From assembly GCA_046545615.1 (NCBI GenBank), contig JBKGZK010000003.1, positions 10,184 to 74,183 of the forward strand: a stretch of 64,000 bases of DNA, read 5' to 3'. A model generated the notes under the pieces. The model was not told where the DNA came from. It searched no databases and saw only the letters and a list, made by a program, of their open reading frames with translations. The DNA comes from Natronomonas sp. (lineage in GTDB: Archaea > Halobacteriota > Halobacteria > Halobacteriales > Haloarculaceae). This document shows positions 1 to 10,864 of the stretch, piece after piece; positions within the stretch are counted from its first letter, which is position 1, and each line of letters starts with the position of its first letter. The position numbers were made by a program, and so were the translations under genes.

Positions 1-513
1 CTCCCCCTCCGATTTGGTGATCTGGTCACCGGTAACGCGGACCCCTTTCCCGCCAGTCAGCCCCTGTGGTTTGATCGCCAGATCGCCGTCGTACTCTCTG
101 AGGTACTCGGCGGCCGCCGCGGCGTCCTCGAATGTGGCGAAGGCCGGACATCCGGGCACGTCGTGTTCGGCCATGAACTCCCGCTGAAACGCCTTGTCCG
201 TCTCGATACGGGCCGCGTCGGCCCGCGGACCGAACGCGTAAATCCCGGCGTCGTCGAGTGCATCGGCAACGCCAGCAGCGAGTGCGGACTCCGGACCGAT
301 TACCGAAAGCGTCGCACCGACGTCCTCTGCGTAAGCGACGATCCCGTCCGTGTCGGTCTCCTCGATCGTCTCGAACCCTGCAGCCAGGGCCGCGATTCCT
401 GGGTTCCGGTTCGACGCACACGCGTACAGGGTCGCATCCTCGGCTTCGTTTATCGCACGGGCGATGGCGTGTTCGCGCCCGCCACCCCCGACGAGAAGTA
501 CCGTCTCGGCCAT
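1..513 (-). CDS. purD: Phosphoribosylamine--glycine ligase (5' part; runs off window start)
   Basis: Manual translation from ATG at 513: MAETVLLVGGGGREHAIARA...NPGI...VIGPE...GP...ARIETDKAFQREFM...KPQGLTGGKGV; typical GAR synthetase N-terminus. Not in the ORF track. Confidence 0.95.
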   Translation of the reverse strand, partial: MAETVLLVGGGGREHAIARAINEAEDATLYACASNRNPGIAALAAGFETIEETDTDGIVAYAEDVGATLSVIGPESALAAGVADALDDAGIYAFGPRADAARIETDKAFQREFMAEHDVPGCPAFATFEDAAAAAEYLREYDGDLAIKPQGLTGGKGVRVTGDQITKSEGE

Positions 514-594
514 ACTCGAGAGGGGATCGCACAGACCCGTAAGCGTTGCTCTCCGACGCGGAATACGCCGAGAAGATTCCCGAAGTCGAGGTAC

Positions 595-2265
595 TTACTG
601 CAGACCATCCTCCTCGCGGAGGGAGGCCCGACGGACCTTACCTGTGCTGGTCTGGGGGAGCTCCTCGACGAACTCGATCTCCCGGGGATACTCGTACTGT
701 GCCAGTCGGTCGCGAACGTGCTGTCTGAGGTCTCCCCGGAGGGCCTCGTCGTCGACGTCCGTCGATGCGAGGACGACGTACGCCTTCGGGACCTCCCCGC
801 GCTCGTCGTCCGGGACGCCGATGACGGCGGCGTCCGCGACGGACTCGTGGGTAGAAAGCGTCTCCTCGATCTCCGTGGGGCCGATCCGGTAGCCCGCGCT
901 GATGATGACGTCGTCTTTGCGGCTCTCAAAGGCGACGAACCCGTCTTCGTCCATTCGACCGAGATCCTCCGTGAGGAGCCAACCGTTCCTGACCTTTTGG
1001 GCAGTTTTCTCCGGTTTGGCCCAGTACTCTTTGAAACAGACCGGGTTGCCCCCGTACCTGAGGGCGATTTCGCCGACCTCGCCCGTATCGACTGTAGCTT
1101 CGGCCGTCTGAGGGTCGACGATCGCGACCTCGTGACCGGGACCGGCTCGCCCGATGGCGCCCTCGCGGGACTCGAACAGTGCGGTACAGTCGCCGACGAG
1201 CATGTTCGCCTCCGTCTGGCCGTACCCCTCGTGGACGTCCGCACCGTCGAAGGTGTCGGCGGCCCACGCGGCAACGCTCTCTCCGAGGGATTCGCCCCCA
1301 CTCGCAACTGTCCGGATCGTCTCCACGTCGTAGCCCGGGTCGTCGACCTGCATCATCATTCGGAGGGCGGTCGGCGGCGCGAAGAAGTTGCTCACGCCGT
1401 AGCGTTCGATCACCTGAAACGCCTCGACGGGGTCGAACCCACTGCTGCCGTAGGCGACCACGGGCTTTCCGTAGTAGAGCGCCGGCACGACGACGTCGAA
1501 AAGCGACGCGATCCACGCCCACTCCGACGGGGTCCAGAACACATCGTCGTCCCTCATGGACATGTTGGCGAACGTGGTAAGGAAAAGCGGGAGGTGACCG
1601 AGCAGGACGCGGTGTGCGTGCCGGACGCCCTTGGGATTGCCGGTCGTCCCGGAGGTATAAATCAGGAGGGCGTCGTCCTCGGCGTCGGTGTCTACCGGAT
1701 TGAATGAATCCGAATACTCCTCGATGGCGTTCCAGAGATCAGCCTCGCCGTCCCGTTCGTCCACCGACCCGACAGTGAGGACGGTATCGAGGTCGAGGTC
1801 CTCGTTGGCCGTCCGGAAATCGGACATGTTGGACTCGTCGACGATGCCGGCCACCGCGCCCGCGTCGTCGAGTCGGTAGCCGATCGCGTCCGGGCCAAAC
1901 AGGGTGCTCAAGGGAACCGAGACGGCACCCAATTTCCAGCACGCGAGGTGTGCGATCACCGTCTCGACGCGTTGGGGAGTGTTGACGCCGACGCGATCGC
2001 CCCGTTCGACGCCCTGGGCGTGGAGGTAGTTCGCAAGCCGGTTCGTGGCGTTTCTGAGTATCCCGAAGGCGTACGTCTCGCGCGAACCGTCCTCAAGTTC
2101 GGCGTAGATGGCGACTCGATCTGGGTCGTCTGCCCACCGGTCGCAGGCGTAGGTGGCCATGTTGAATCGTTCCGGAACCTCCCAGTCGAATCGGTCGTAC
2201 AGTTCGTCGTAGCTCTCCCAGTCCTCCTCGTAGAAGTGGTATGCGTCGAGGCGGTTACCTGTCAT
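595..2265 (-). CDS. Acyl-CoA synthetase (AMP-forming, ANL superfamily)
   Basis: YTSGTTGNPKG AMP-binding motif, YGQTE, RKDDVIISAGYRIGPTEIE, C-terminal TSTGKVRR. Confidence 0.93.
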   Translation of the reverse strand: MTGNRLDAYHFYEEDWESYDELYDRFDWEVPERFNMATYACDRWADDPDRVAIYAELEDGSRETYAFGILRNATNRLANYLHAQGVERGDRVGVNTPQRVETVIAHLACWKLGAVSVPLSTLFGPDAIGYRLDDAGAVAGIVDESNMSDFRTANEDLDLDTVLTVGSVDERDGEADLWNAIEEYSDSFNPVDTDAEDDALLIYTSGTTGNPKGVRHAHRVLLGHLPLFLTTFANMSMRDDDVFWTPSEWAWIASLFDVVVPALYYGKPVVAYGSSGFDPVEAFQVIERYGVSNFFAPPTALRMMMQVDDPGYDVETIRTVASGGESLGESVAAWAADTFDGADVHEGYGQTEANMLVGDCTALFESREGAIGRAGPGHEVAIVDPQTAEATVDTGEVGEIALRYGGNPVCFKEYWAKPEKTAQKVRNGWLLTEDLGRMDEDGFVAFESRKDDVIISAGYRIGPTEIEETLSTHESVADAAVIGVPDDERGEVPKAYVVLASTDVDDEALRGDLRQHVRDRLAQYEYPREIEFVEELPQTSTGKVRRASLREEDGLQ

Positions 2266-2414
2266 AAGTCAACACCGAATGCGTGGCGATAGTTGAGACG
2301 GTCGACCACATCCTTAACGTTGTGGTGGTCGATCGCGTCCGAAATCCCGACGCGACCAGAACAGGTGTTTCACCGTTTCCTCGGTTCGATATCCCAACGC
2401 GAACTTAACGGACG

Positions 2415-3191
2415 TTACACCGTTTCCTCGGTTCGATACCCGAGCGAAGTGGACCAGAACAGATCGTACTCCTCGGCCCGTTCCTCCTCGCACACGGCAT
2501 TAATCGACTGGACTCCCTCGCGGTCCCCGTTCCACATGACGGCGTATACGCCCTGTTCGCCAAGGACTGACGTGGTATTCAGCGATCCATCGGGGATGGG
2601 AAATTGCCCCGACGGTGGCGCACCCAAGTCGACAGTCGCACGACCGTCTTCGACGACCGGTTCGACCGCATCGGCGAGGATTCCGTTCCGGGACCGAAGG
2701 CCGACAGAGAGCGTGTCGACGTTTGCGTTGCCGACGAGTCTCGAATCCGCCGAATCGGCAGCGGTCCACAGCCAGTACCGATACAACCCGTCCCCGAGAT
2801 CGTACATCGCGAGACAGGCGTCCGCGATTAAGATCGGCGCATCCGGGTCGAACTCGTCAGTGCCGAGGACGAGTTCGCGCTCGGTCGGATTGCGAGCCGT
2901 ATCGTGGGTTATCGCGTGGCGCTGGACGTATGCCCGCTCGAATCCTTGTCCAGAATCCGCGTCAGACCCCCAGACGCCACCGTTGCCGTACCGGTCGACC
3001 ATGTCGTCGATGTAGTCGTCAAAATCGTCACTCGAGAGGGCAGCGTCCTCCGTTTGCGGGGAGAGCGTCGAGATGGCACGATCGGTGATTCGAGTCTCGC
3101 GTTCCGTGACCCGCTCCTCGATACAGCCCGCGAGTCCGGCGAGTGCCAAGCCGCCGGCCGTTCGAAGCGCGTCACGCCGAGAGAGCTTCAT
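2415..3191 (-). CDS. Tat-exported lipoprotein, function unknown
   Basis: MKLSRRDALRTAGGLALAGLAGC: twin-arginine motif plus LAGC lipobox; acidic mature region. Confidence 0.8.
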   Translation of the reverse strand: MKLSRRDALRTAGGLALAGLAGCIEERVTERETRITDRAISTLSPQTEDAALSSDDFDDYIDDMVDRYGNGGVWGSDADSGQGFERAYVQRHAITHDTARNPTERELVLGTDEFDPDAPILIADACLAMYDLGDGLYRYWLWTAADSADSRLVGNANVDTLSVGLRSRNGILADAVEPVVEDGRATVDLGAPPSGQFPIPDGSLNTTSVLGEQGVYAVMWNGDREGVQSINAVCEEERAEEYDLFWSTSLGYRTEETV

Positions 3192-3306
3192 ACCTGGTTG
3201 GAGATTCCCACCACCCAAATAAGGTGCTATCCACGGGAGTGGCCCCATGCTTGGGGACCCACCTGACGCCCACGGCGTTTAGTATTGCGAGCCCCGAGAC
3301 GTGTTC

Positions 3307-5442
3307 ATGGAAAACCGTCTCGCCGAGACCGCTTCCCCGTACCTCCGCCAGCATGCCGACAACCCGGTCGCCTGGCAGCCCTGGGACGACGAGGCCCTCG
3401 AACTCGCACGCGAGCGCGACGTCCCGATATTCCTCTCGATCGGATACTCGGCCTGCCACTGGTGTCACGTGATGGAAGACGAGAGCTTCACAGATCCGGG
3501 AATTGCCACGCTTCTCAACGAATACTTCGTGCCGATCAAGGTCGACCGCGAAGAGCGCCCCGACGTCGATAGCGTCTACATGACTGTCTGTCAGCTCGTG
3601 CGTGGTGGCGGCGGCTGGCCGTTATCGGTCTGGCTCACGCCGGAGCGCAAACCGTTCCACGTCGGGACCTACTTCCCGCCTTCGGCGAGTCAGGGGATGC
3701 CGGGGTTTCGCAGCGTTCTCGCCGGAATCGCAGACGAGTGGAACGATCCCGAGAAACGCGCGAGGCTCGAATCGCGTGCCGACGAATGGGCCGACGCAGT
3801 TACCGGCGAACTCGAGGAGACCCCTGCCGAGCCATCGACGACACCGGACGACGGCTACCTAAACGCGGCCGCCGAGGCGGCCCTCCGCGGGGCCGATCGC
3901 GAGCACGGTGGCTGGGGCACCGGACAAAAGTTTCCCCAGCCCGGTCGAATTCAGGTGCTCGCCCGGGCAGCGGAACGAACCGATCGCGGTGGCTATCGCG
4001 ATGTCCTTCGGGAGGCGCTCGACGCGATGGCCTCCGGAGGACTCTACGACCACGTTGGCGGCGGGTTCCATCGCTACTGCGTCGACCGCGATTGGACGGT
4101 GCCCCACTTCGAGAAGATGCTATACGACAACGCCGAACTTCCGCGAGCCTACCTCGCAGGGTATCAGCTGACCGGCGACGACCGCTATGCGGACGTCGTC
4201 AGGGAGACGTTCGCCTTCCTCGAACGCGAACTCGCCCATCCCGACGGTGGGTACTACGCCACGCTCGATGCCCAAAGCGAGCGAGATGGGGAGCGAGTGG
4301 AAGGTGCCTTCTACGTGTGGACGCCCGGAGAAATCGACCGCGTCGTCGACGATCCGGTCGACGCCGAGTTGTTCCGCGAACGCTACGGCGTCACCGAGAC
4401 GGGAAACTTCGAGGGCCGGACGGTCCTCACCGAATCCGCGTCGATCGAGTCGCTCGCCGCCGGGCGTGACGTGGAACCGACCGCCATTCGCGACCGCCTC
4501 GAACGCGCTCGCAAATCGGTCCTCGCGGCCCGGGCCGACCGTCCCCGCCCACCCCGGGACGGCAAAATTCTCGCCGGCTGGAACGGGCTGGCGATTTCGG
4601 CGCTCGCCGAGGCGGGAATCGTCCTCGATACCGAATACGGGGAGCGATCCCTCGATGCAATCTCGTTTGCTCGACGGCAGCTCTGGGACGATGTCGGGGG
4701 CGAAGACGGGCGGGGACGACTCTTCCGACGATACGAGGACGGGGTCGTCGGGATTTCGGGTTACCTCGAAGATTACGCGTTCCTGGGCCGGGGAGCATTC
4801 GACGCCTACCAGGCCACCGGCGACGTGGAATCCCTCGCGTTCGCACTGCAGCTCGGCCGGTGCATCCGGGATTGCTTCTACGACGAGGCCGACGGAACCC
4901 TGTATTTCACCGAACGCGGCGGTGACAACACGTTGCCCGCCCGTCCACAGGAGCTCACCGACACGTCGACGCCCTCCAGCACGGGGGTCGCTCTGCAGTT
5001 TCTGCTCGCACTCTCGCACGTAGCACCTGACGAAGGGTTTGACGACGTTGTCGAACGGGTCCTGGAAACCCACGGGACGACGCTCGAGTCCGATCCGCTT
5101 CGGCACGCCTCGCTCGTTCTGGCGGCCGACGATCGATCGGTCGGCGCTCTCGAGTTGACCGTCGCCTCGGACGACCTCCCCGCATCGTTTCGTAAAGCGC
5201 TCTCGCGACGGTATCTGCCGACGCGGTTGTTATCGATCCGACCACCGACTGACGACGACCTCGATCCGTGGCTCGAGTCGCTCGATCTCGATTCGATCCC
5301 ACCCCTGTGGCGCAACCGAGAACGACGCGAGGGTCGGCCCACCGTCTACGCCTGCCGGTCGTTTACCTGCTCGCCACCGCAACACGACATGGACGAAGCG
5401 CTGGAGTGGGCCGAACGGCTCGGTGCAGATCCCGAAATATAG
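3307..5442 (+). CDS. Thioredoxin-domain protein, YyaL/SPATA20 family
   Basis: NRLAETASPYLRQHADNPVAW, SIGYSACHWCHVM, KVDREERPD, GGGWP, PHFEKMLYDNA. Confidence 0.93.
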   Translation: MENRLAETASPYLRQHADNPVAWQPWDDEALELARERDVPIFLSIGYSACHWCHVMEDESFTDPGIATLLNEYFVPIKVDREERPDVDSVYMTVCQLVRGGGGWPLSVWLTPERKPFHVGTYFPPSASQGMPGFRSVLAGIADEWNDPEKRARLESRADEWADAVTGELEETPAEPSTTPDDGYLNAAAEAALRGADREHGGWGTGQKFPQPGRIQVLARAAERTDRGGYRDVLREALDAMASGGLYDHVGGGFHRYCVDRDWTVPHFEKMLYDNAELPRAYLAGYQLTGDDRYADVVRETFAFLERELAHPDGGYYATLDAQSERDGERVEGAFYVWTPGEIDRVVDDPVDAELFRERYGVTETGNFEGRTVLTESASIESLAAGRDVEPTAIRDRLERARKSVLAARADRPRPPRDGKILAGWNGLAISALAEAGIVLDTEYGERSLDAISFARRQLWDDVGGEDGRGRLFRRYEDGVVGISGYLEDYAFLGRGAFDAYQATGDVESLAFALQLGRCIRDCFYDEADGTLYFTERGGDNTLPARPQELTDTSTPSSTGVALQFLLALSHVAPDEGFDDVVERVLETHGTTLESDPLRHASLVLAADDRSVGALELTVASDDLPASFRKALSRRYLPTRLLSIRPPTDDDLDPWLESLDLDSIPPLWRNRERREGRPTVYACRSFTCSPPQHDMDEALEWAERLGADPEI

Positions 5443-5472
5443 CCGATTTCCTCCTGCTCTCAAGGGTGGGCC

Positions 5473-5853
5473 TCAGTCCCGTTCCTCCAGTCGTTCTGCC
5501 AGATACACCGCGATCGGGAGGTCCTCGTTTTCGACGTATCGGGCGAGTTCCTCACCGGACTCGCGATCCTCGAGAACCACGGTCGGAATCAACTCGATCC
5601 CGTACGCCTCGACCTTCGGTCCGATCTTCGAGCCGTCGTCTTGCTTCTCAACCGGGTAGTGCTCGACCGCGTCGACGCCGGCTTCGTCGAGTGCGGCCCC
5701 GAAGTCCGGGAGCTGATTTCTGCAGTCCGGACACCAGTCGCCACCCCAGACCTTCACGACGACGTCGTCGGCCACCGCTTCGAGTACCGCCACCGCGCCC
5801 GCATACGACTCGGCGTCCCACACCGGGTTCGGACGCATCGTCTCGAGTTCCAT
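5473..5853 (-). CDS. Thioredoxin family protein
   Basis: WCPDC active site; cis-Pro IPT motif. Confidence 0.85.
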   Translation of the reverse strand: MELETMRPNPVWDAESYAGAVAVLEAVADDVVVKVWGGDWCPDCRNQLPDFGAALDEAGVDAVEHYPVEKQDDGSKIGPKVEAYGIELIPTVVLEDRESGEELARYVENEDLPIAVYLAERLEERD

Positions 5854-5980
5854 ACCCAACGTTTGCAGTCGGTCACCAAAAGCGACGTGTTCGATGGAGG
5901 GGCCGAATCCGAGGGGACGGTTCGGAGCAGCGCCGCTGCCTTCGCGGCCATTTTATACCTACCCACCAAAGGACGGTTCG

Positions 5981-6973
5981 ATGAAACGGGGTATTCTTGA
6001 GACGATCGGGTCGCCGTTGGTTCAGGTCGATTCGCCACCAGGGGCAGTCGTGGCAGCCAAGATCGAGTCGAAGAACCCGGGCGGGAGCGCGAAGGACCGG
6101 CCGGCCCTCGCGATGGTCGAAGCCGCAGAGGACGAGGGAGCCCTCCAGCCCGGCGATCGGATCGTCGAACCGACCTCGGGTAACACCGGTATCGGGCTCT
6201 CGATGGTCGCCGCCGCAAAAGGATACGACATAACGGTCGTGATGCCTGCGTCGAAATCTCCCGAACGTCGCAACATCATGCGTGCCTTCGGCGCGGATCT
6301 CGAACTCGTCGAGGGCGAAATCTCGGAAGCCACTGAACGCGCCGACGAACTCGAGGCCGAACACGGCATGGTCCAGCTTCGACAGTTCGAGAACCCGGCG
6401 AATCCCGAATCGCACGCCCGGACGACGGCCGAGGAGATACTGACGCAGGTCGGGGACCTGACGGTGGACGCGCTCGTGGCCGGAATCGGGACGGGTGGCA
6501 CGATCTCCGGCACCGGACGCCGGCTTCGCGAGGTCTTTCCGGAGATGGAAATCGTCGGTGTCGAACCGAAAGGCAACGCCGTCCTCACTACTGGCGAGCC
6601 GGGAGACGACGACTTCCAGGGGATGGGCCCCGGGTTCGTCAGCCCGAATCTGGACCGGGACCTGCTCGACGACGTGGAGACCGTCAAGATCGACCCCGCG
6701 GAGGCCGAATGTCGCCGATTGGCGCGAGAAGAGGGAATCCTCGTCGGCCAGTCATCCGGCGGGTCGCTCGTGGCTGCGAAACGTGTCGCGGAACGACTCT
6801 CGACAGAACGCGGCACCACCACGGACGACTGTCCCGGTCCCGACAATCGGACGGCCATTCTCTCCGACGAGAAGGTCGACCACGAGCCGATCGACGACAA
6901 CTGTCCCCTCGTCGTCACCGTCTTCTGGGACTCGGGCGAGCGCTATATGTCGACTGGCCTCTTCGACGAGTAG
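5981..6973 (+). CDS. cysK: Cysteine synthase (PLP-dependent)
   Basis: KIESKNPGGSAKDR, EPTSGNTG, GIGTGGT, DSGERYMST. Confidence 0.92.
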   Translation: MKRGILETIGSPLVQVDSPPGAVVAAKIESKNPGGSAKDRPALAMVEAAEDEGALQPGDRIVEPTSGNTGIGLSMVAAAKGYDITVVMPASKSPERRNIMRAFGADLELVEGEISEATERADELEAEHGMVQLRQFENPANPESHARTTAEEILTQVGDLTVDALVAGIGTGGTISGTGRRLREVFPEMEIVGVEPKGNAVLTTGEPGDDDFQGMGPGFVSPNLDRDLLDDVETVKIDPAEAECRRLAREEGILVGQSSGGSLVAAKRVAERLSTERGTTTDDCPGPDNRTAILSDEKVDHEPIDDNCPLVVTVFWDSGERYMSTGLFDE

Positions 6974-7047
6974 ACGCCCGAAAACTCCGTCGCCAGGCTG
7001 CGTCCCTCCTCACCTAACCATCTGGTCGGGAAATTTAATCGCGAACG

Positions 7048-8283
7048 CTACTCGCGACGGTTGCCGTCCATGTACACCTCGACCGTCTCCGCGAGCGCCT
7101 CGATCCCCCGTTCCATCTCGTCGAGGGGAACGTGACTGAACGACAGCCGGAGGCAGTGTTCCCCGCCAGTTTCGGTCGCATAGAACGACTCGCCCGGAAG
7201 ATATACCACCCCCGCCTGTCCGGCATCCTCGAGCATAGTCCGCGTGTCGACAGTCGGTGGAAGCGCCACCCACACGAAGAAGCCACCATCGGGCTCCGCC
7301 CAGTCCGCCGACGCCGGCATGTGCCGTTCGAGACACTTGAGCATATGATCGCGTCGCTGTTGATATGCCTCGCGAAGTCGTGGGACGGCAGCGTCGAGGT
7401 GTCCGGCGTCGCAATAGGTCGTGAGAAGCCCGCGAGTGAAGACGTTCGGCCCACCCGTTTGCAGTGTGTCCAATCGATTGGCGACGGGGTCGTCCGCGAT
7501 GATCCATCCGGTCCGGATTCCAGGGCCGATCACTTTGGAGAACGTACCGGCGTGTATGACGCGACCCGACTCGTCGATGGCCCGGAGCGGCTCCACGTCC
7601 AACCCGTCGTAGCGCAGTTCGCCATAGGCGTCGTCCTCCAACACCAGAAAGTCGTACTCGGCAGCGAGGTCGAGCAACCGGTCGCGACGCGATCGCGACA
7701 GGGTCATCCCGGTCGGGTTCTGGAAGTTCGGGATGGTATAGAACAGCGTTGGGAGCTGACGTCCCGTTCGGCGGCGTTCCTCGAGTTCGGCTGCGAGCGC
7801 GTCGACATCGACCCCGTTCGAGTCGACGTCGAAGCCGACGATCTCGACGCCGTGATTTCGGATCACCGAGAGGCTCCACACGAACGTGGGGGCCTCGAGA
7901 AAGACGACGTCGCCGGGATCGAGGAAGGCACGACACGCGAGATCGATCGCGTTCATCGAGCCATTCGTCAGCACGACTTCCCCTTCGGTACATTCGATAC
8001 CACACTCGCGACTCCTGCGGGCGACGATGTCGGGCAACCTAGCCGACGCCTCGCCGCCACCGTACTGGAGGGCGTGCTCCGGGTCAGTTTCGAGAAGCGA
8101 CTCGGCCGCCGCGAGCAGGTCCTCGTTTGGGAACGATTCCGCGAAGGGAAATCCGTAGGTGAGGCGAACTGAATCCGGAGTCGCAGCCGCCTGCCACTCG
8201 CTCGAGACGAACGCCCCCTCGCGGTCGCGAACTGCCTGAGCGAACAGGTGCGTTATCCCATCCGGCGTCTCGTCGTGATTCAT
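7048..8283 (-). CDS. PLP-dependent aminotransferase class I/II (2-aminoadipate/aromatic aminotransferase-like)
   Basis: PNFQNPTG, EDDAYGEL, GTFSK...PGIRTGW, GGFFVW, LRLSF. Confidence 0.9.
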   Translation of the reverse strand: MNHDETPDGITHLFAQAVRDREGAFVSSEWQAAATPDSVRLTYGFPFAESFPNEDLLAAAESLLETDPEHALQYGGGEASARLPDIVARRSRECGIECTEGEVVLTNGSMNAIDLACRAFLDPGDVVFLEAPTFVWSLSVIRNHGVEIVGFDVDSNGVDVDALAAELEERRRTGRQLPTLFYTIPNFQNPTGMTLSRSRRDRLLDLAAEYDFLVLEDDAYGELRYDGLDVEPLRAIDESGRVIHAGTFSKVIGPGIRTGWIIADDPVANRLDTLQTGGPNVFTRGLLTTYCDAGHLDAAVPRLREAYQQRRDHMLKCLERHMPASADWAEPDGGFFVWVALPPTVDTRTMLEDAGQAGVVYLPGESFYATETGGEHCLRLSFSHVPLDEMERGIEALAETVEVYMDGNRRE

Positions 8284-8389
8284 CCGGTGATCTACTCGAT
8301 GGCAACACGTAGCGGCGTTGAATAGCTTTCGCGCGTACCTAGTGGAGTAAGTCCGATAGAACGGTAGCGGTACACGACAAAAATACCGC

Positions 8390-8842
8390 TCAGACTTCGA
8401 ACTCCGACTCAGTGACTCGAACCACGAGCGTATCGTCGACCTCGCGAAGGTCGTACTCGGGACGCGTCGGCCCGGTCCGGGCCGCGAACATGGGTTCGAC
8501 GAGTTCGCCGTCGTCGACTCCGTATATTTTCAGAAATCGACCCGACTCCGCGGGAACCAACTCCTCGTCCCTGATGGCATTTGCGACCGACCGCGATAGC
8601 CACTCGGCCTCGCTCACCGACGGCTCAAGAACGAATGCATCCCGCACGAACCGAACGAGATACCAGCTCAGGTCGTTGAGAAGCGAGACTGCAGCCCCGA
8701 GCGAGACTGTCTCGAGTGCGACCGTGTTCAGATACGGCTCCTCGAGGTCGTACGTCGACAGCGCGTCCCTCGAGGTCTCTCTCGAGACCAGTTCGTACCG
8801 GAGCCTGAGATCCGGTTCACCCAGCAGACACACGCGCGTCAT
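8390..8842 (-). CDS. Conserved haloarchaeal hypothetical protein (DUF5804-like)
   Basis: 150-aa acidic ORF with LRYELVSRETSRDAL...TVSLGAAVSLLNDL, recalled as a conserved euryarchaeal family. Confidence 0.7.
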   Translation of the reverse strand: MTRVCLLGEPDLRLRYELVSRETSRDALSTYDLEEPYLNTVALETVSLGAAVSLLNDLSWYLVRFVRDAFVLEPSVSEAEWLSRSVANAIRDEELVPAESGRFLKIYGVDDGELVEPMFAARTGPTRPEYDLREVDDTLVVRVTESEFEV

Positions 8843-8932
8843 TGACGGTCTCGCTCCCTCATCGAATCGAACGTGTGCTCGGGCGAGGAAAGCGGTTTCG
8901 CCCGAACGTCCGAACGAACGCCATCGCGTCCG

Positions 8933-10138
8933 TCAGAAGGTCGTGAGTTCGCCATCGATGACCCGCGCCGTGATCGAGGTGACGTCCGCGAGCTTCCGGT
9001 CGACGATCGCCGTCACCTCGTCCTCGATGTCGGCCACAGACATACCGTCCTCGGTGACGATCGAGGCGTCGGCCACGTGTGGACGATCGATCGGCGTCCC
9101 GATCTGACTCAACAGGCGGATCCGGATCTCGCGAATGCCGTCGACCTCGTCGACGACCGCCCTGGCGATATCTGTCGACAACAGATTGTAGATTTTGCCG
9201 ACGTGGTTGACGGGGTTTTTGCCGCTCGTGGCCTCCATCGACATCGACCGGTTCGGGGTGATGAGTCCGTTCGACCGGTTCCCACGACCAACCGATCCGT
9301 CGTCGCCCTGTTCTGCGCTCGTCCCGGTCGTTGTGAGGTAGACGGAATCGTTCTCGTAATCGTCCGCGGTGTTGACGTGGACGTTCACCTCTCGATCGGT
9401 GTATTCCCGACCGAGTTCGGCCACGTGGTCCCGGACGTCGCTGACGGCCGCGTCGTACTCGTCGATGTCCGAGAGATACCGGTCGATCATGGCGACTGCG
9501 AGGGTCACGTCGATCGTGTCTCCTTCGCGTTTGCCCATTACCTTCACGTCCTGCCCGACCACGGGATTTTCCCGGCCGTATGCACCGTTGAGGTCCCGTT
9601 CGGCCTCGAGGACGATTCGCTCCGTCTCGGTCAGCGGCGCGTGGCCGACGCCGAAGGAGGTATCGTTCGACATCGGAACGCTCGCGCCCTCCTCGGAGAA
9701 CACTTCCTGAAGGTCGCCAGATCCCTGGCCGAGGCGGACGTCTACGACGATCTCTTTTCCGTAATCTAGGTGGGGAAAGTTCTCGAGGACGTACTCGCGT
9801 GCGGCCTCAAGGGCGATCGTTTCGGTCGGAATTCGAACGCCCTCGTACGTCCTCGTCGCCCGCCCGGTGACGAGAATGTAGATCGGTTCGTTCACCTCCC
9901 CGCCGCCGAATGCTGGCGAGGAGCTCCCGGCGACGAGCTGGGCCTCGTCAGTGTTGTAGTGGAGGACCTTCCCCACCCGGTCGAGGTAGGCCTTCGCGAG
10001 GGCACTCGAGACGCGTTCGGCGATGCCGTCGCAGATCGAGTCGGGATGGCCGAGGCCCTTGCGCTCGACGATCTCGACTTCCTGATCCTCTACCGCGAGG
10101 CCCGCGACGGGCTCGACGCGGATGTTCCGTTCGGTCAT
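8933..10138 (-). CDS. mat: Methionine adenosyltransferase, archaeal type
   Basis: [49 protein letters not shown]. Confidence 0.96.
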   Translation of the reverse strand: MTERNIRVEPVAGLAVEDQEVEIVERKGLGHPDSICDGIAERVSSALAKAYLDRVGKVLHYNTDEAQLVAGSSSPAFGGGEVNEPIYILVTGRATRTYEGVRIPTETIALEAAREYVLENFPHLDYGKEIVVDVRLGQGSGDLQEVFSEEGASVPMSNDTSFGVGHAPLTETERIVLEAERDLNGAYGRENPVVGQDVKVMGKREGDTIDVTLAVAMIDRYLSDIDEYDAAVSDVRDHVAELGREYTDREVNVHVNTADDYENDSVYLTTTGTSAEQGDDGSVGRGNRSNGLITPNRSMSMEATSGKNPVNHVGKIYNLLSTDIARAVVDEVDGIREIRIRLLSQIGTPIDRPHVADASIVTEDGMSVADIEDEVTAIVDRKLADVTSITARVIDGELTTF

Positions 10139-10210
10139 TGTCGACGGCAGGCGGCCAGCGGTTCTATAACTTACGGAAACCACACGAGGCGTTTCGATAA
10201 CCCTCAGACA

Positions 10211-10759
10211 TTACTCGGCGTGGTCTCCGGACAGCAACATCCCGAGATACGACGTCCGAACGTGGCGATCGGGGTCAAGACCGAGGTCGGAAAGTAGCTG
10301 GATTGCACCGTCACGGGCCGGCTCGACTACATCGGCTTCGGTTTCGACCTCGACGAACTCACCGAGCCCGGTAACGTCGTCGAGTACAATGGTGTAGCCG
10401 TCGTGTTCGTAGCGCTCTCGAGTCTTTTCGACGGTGGCGACAGGGTCGAACCCGAGCCGGCGAAAGATCGAATCGACGGTCTCGCCATCGTCGACGTGTG
10501 TTTCGAGTTCCTCACGAGTTTTCGATTCCGATTCCACGAGCGGGCCTTTGTACGTGATCTTCGTCTTCCGCCCGCCGTCGGCCGTCCGTTCCTCGCGCCG
10601 GATTCGAAGTGCTTCATCGGTTTCCGCGAACTCGCGGTGGGGCGCATCGTAATAGGTATCCTCCTGGCTGATTGTTCCGGACTGCGTTGCCCCCATCGCC
10701 AGCAACCGTTCCCGGAGGGCGTCGTGTTCGGCACGAACCTTCAGCTCGACTTCGTACAT
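10211..10759 (-). CDS. cyaB: CYTH-domain protein / class IV adenylate cyclase
   Basis: MYEVELKV (ExExK), QEDTYY, ALRIR, TYKGP, KTREE, GLGEFVEVE. Confidence 0.88.
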   Translation of the reverse strand: MYEVELKVRAEHDALRERLLAMGATQSGTISQEDTYYDAPHREFAETDEALRIRREERTADGGRKTKITYKGPLVESESKTREELETHVDDGETVDSIFRRLGFDPVATVEKTRERYEHDGYTIVLDDVTGLGEFVEVETEADVVEPARDGAIQLLSDLGLDPDRHVRTSYLGMLLSGDHAE

Positions 10760-10864
10760 GGACGAGGGGACGACGGCACCGAGTAAAAGCCCGGCGACGA
10801 CGTCGAAACCCCACTTCCGGCGGGAAACGTGATGGTTAAGGGTGCGACGGCTTTCGTTGGGAAC

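Noticed and set aside
163-1707. 514-aa plus-strand ORF, and similar long ORFs such as 21953-23221, 51508-52839 and 56072-57967
   Set aside because: Antisense or alternate-frame shadows of well-supported genes; expected in high-GC DNA; no motifs
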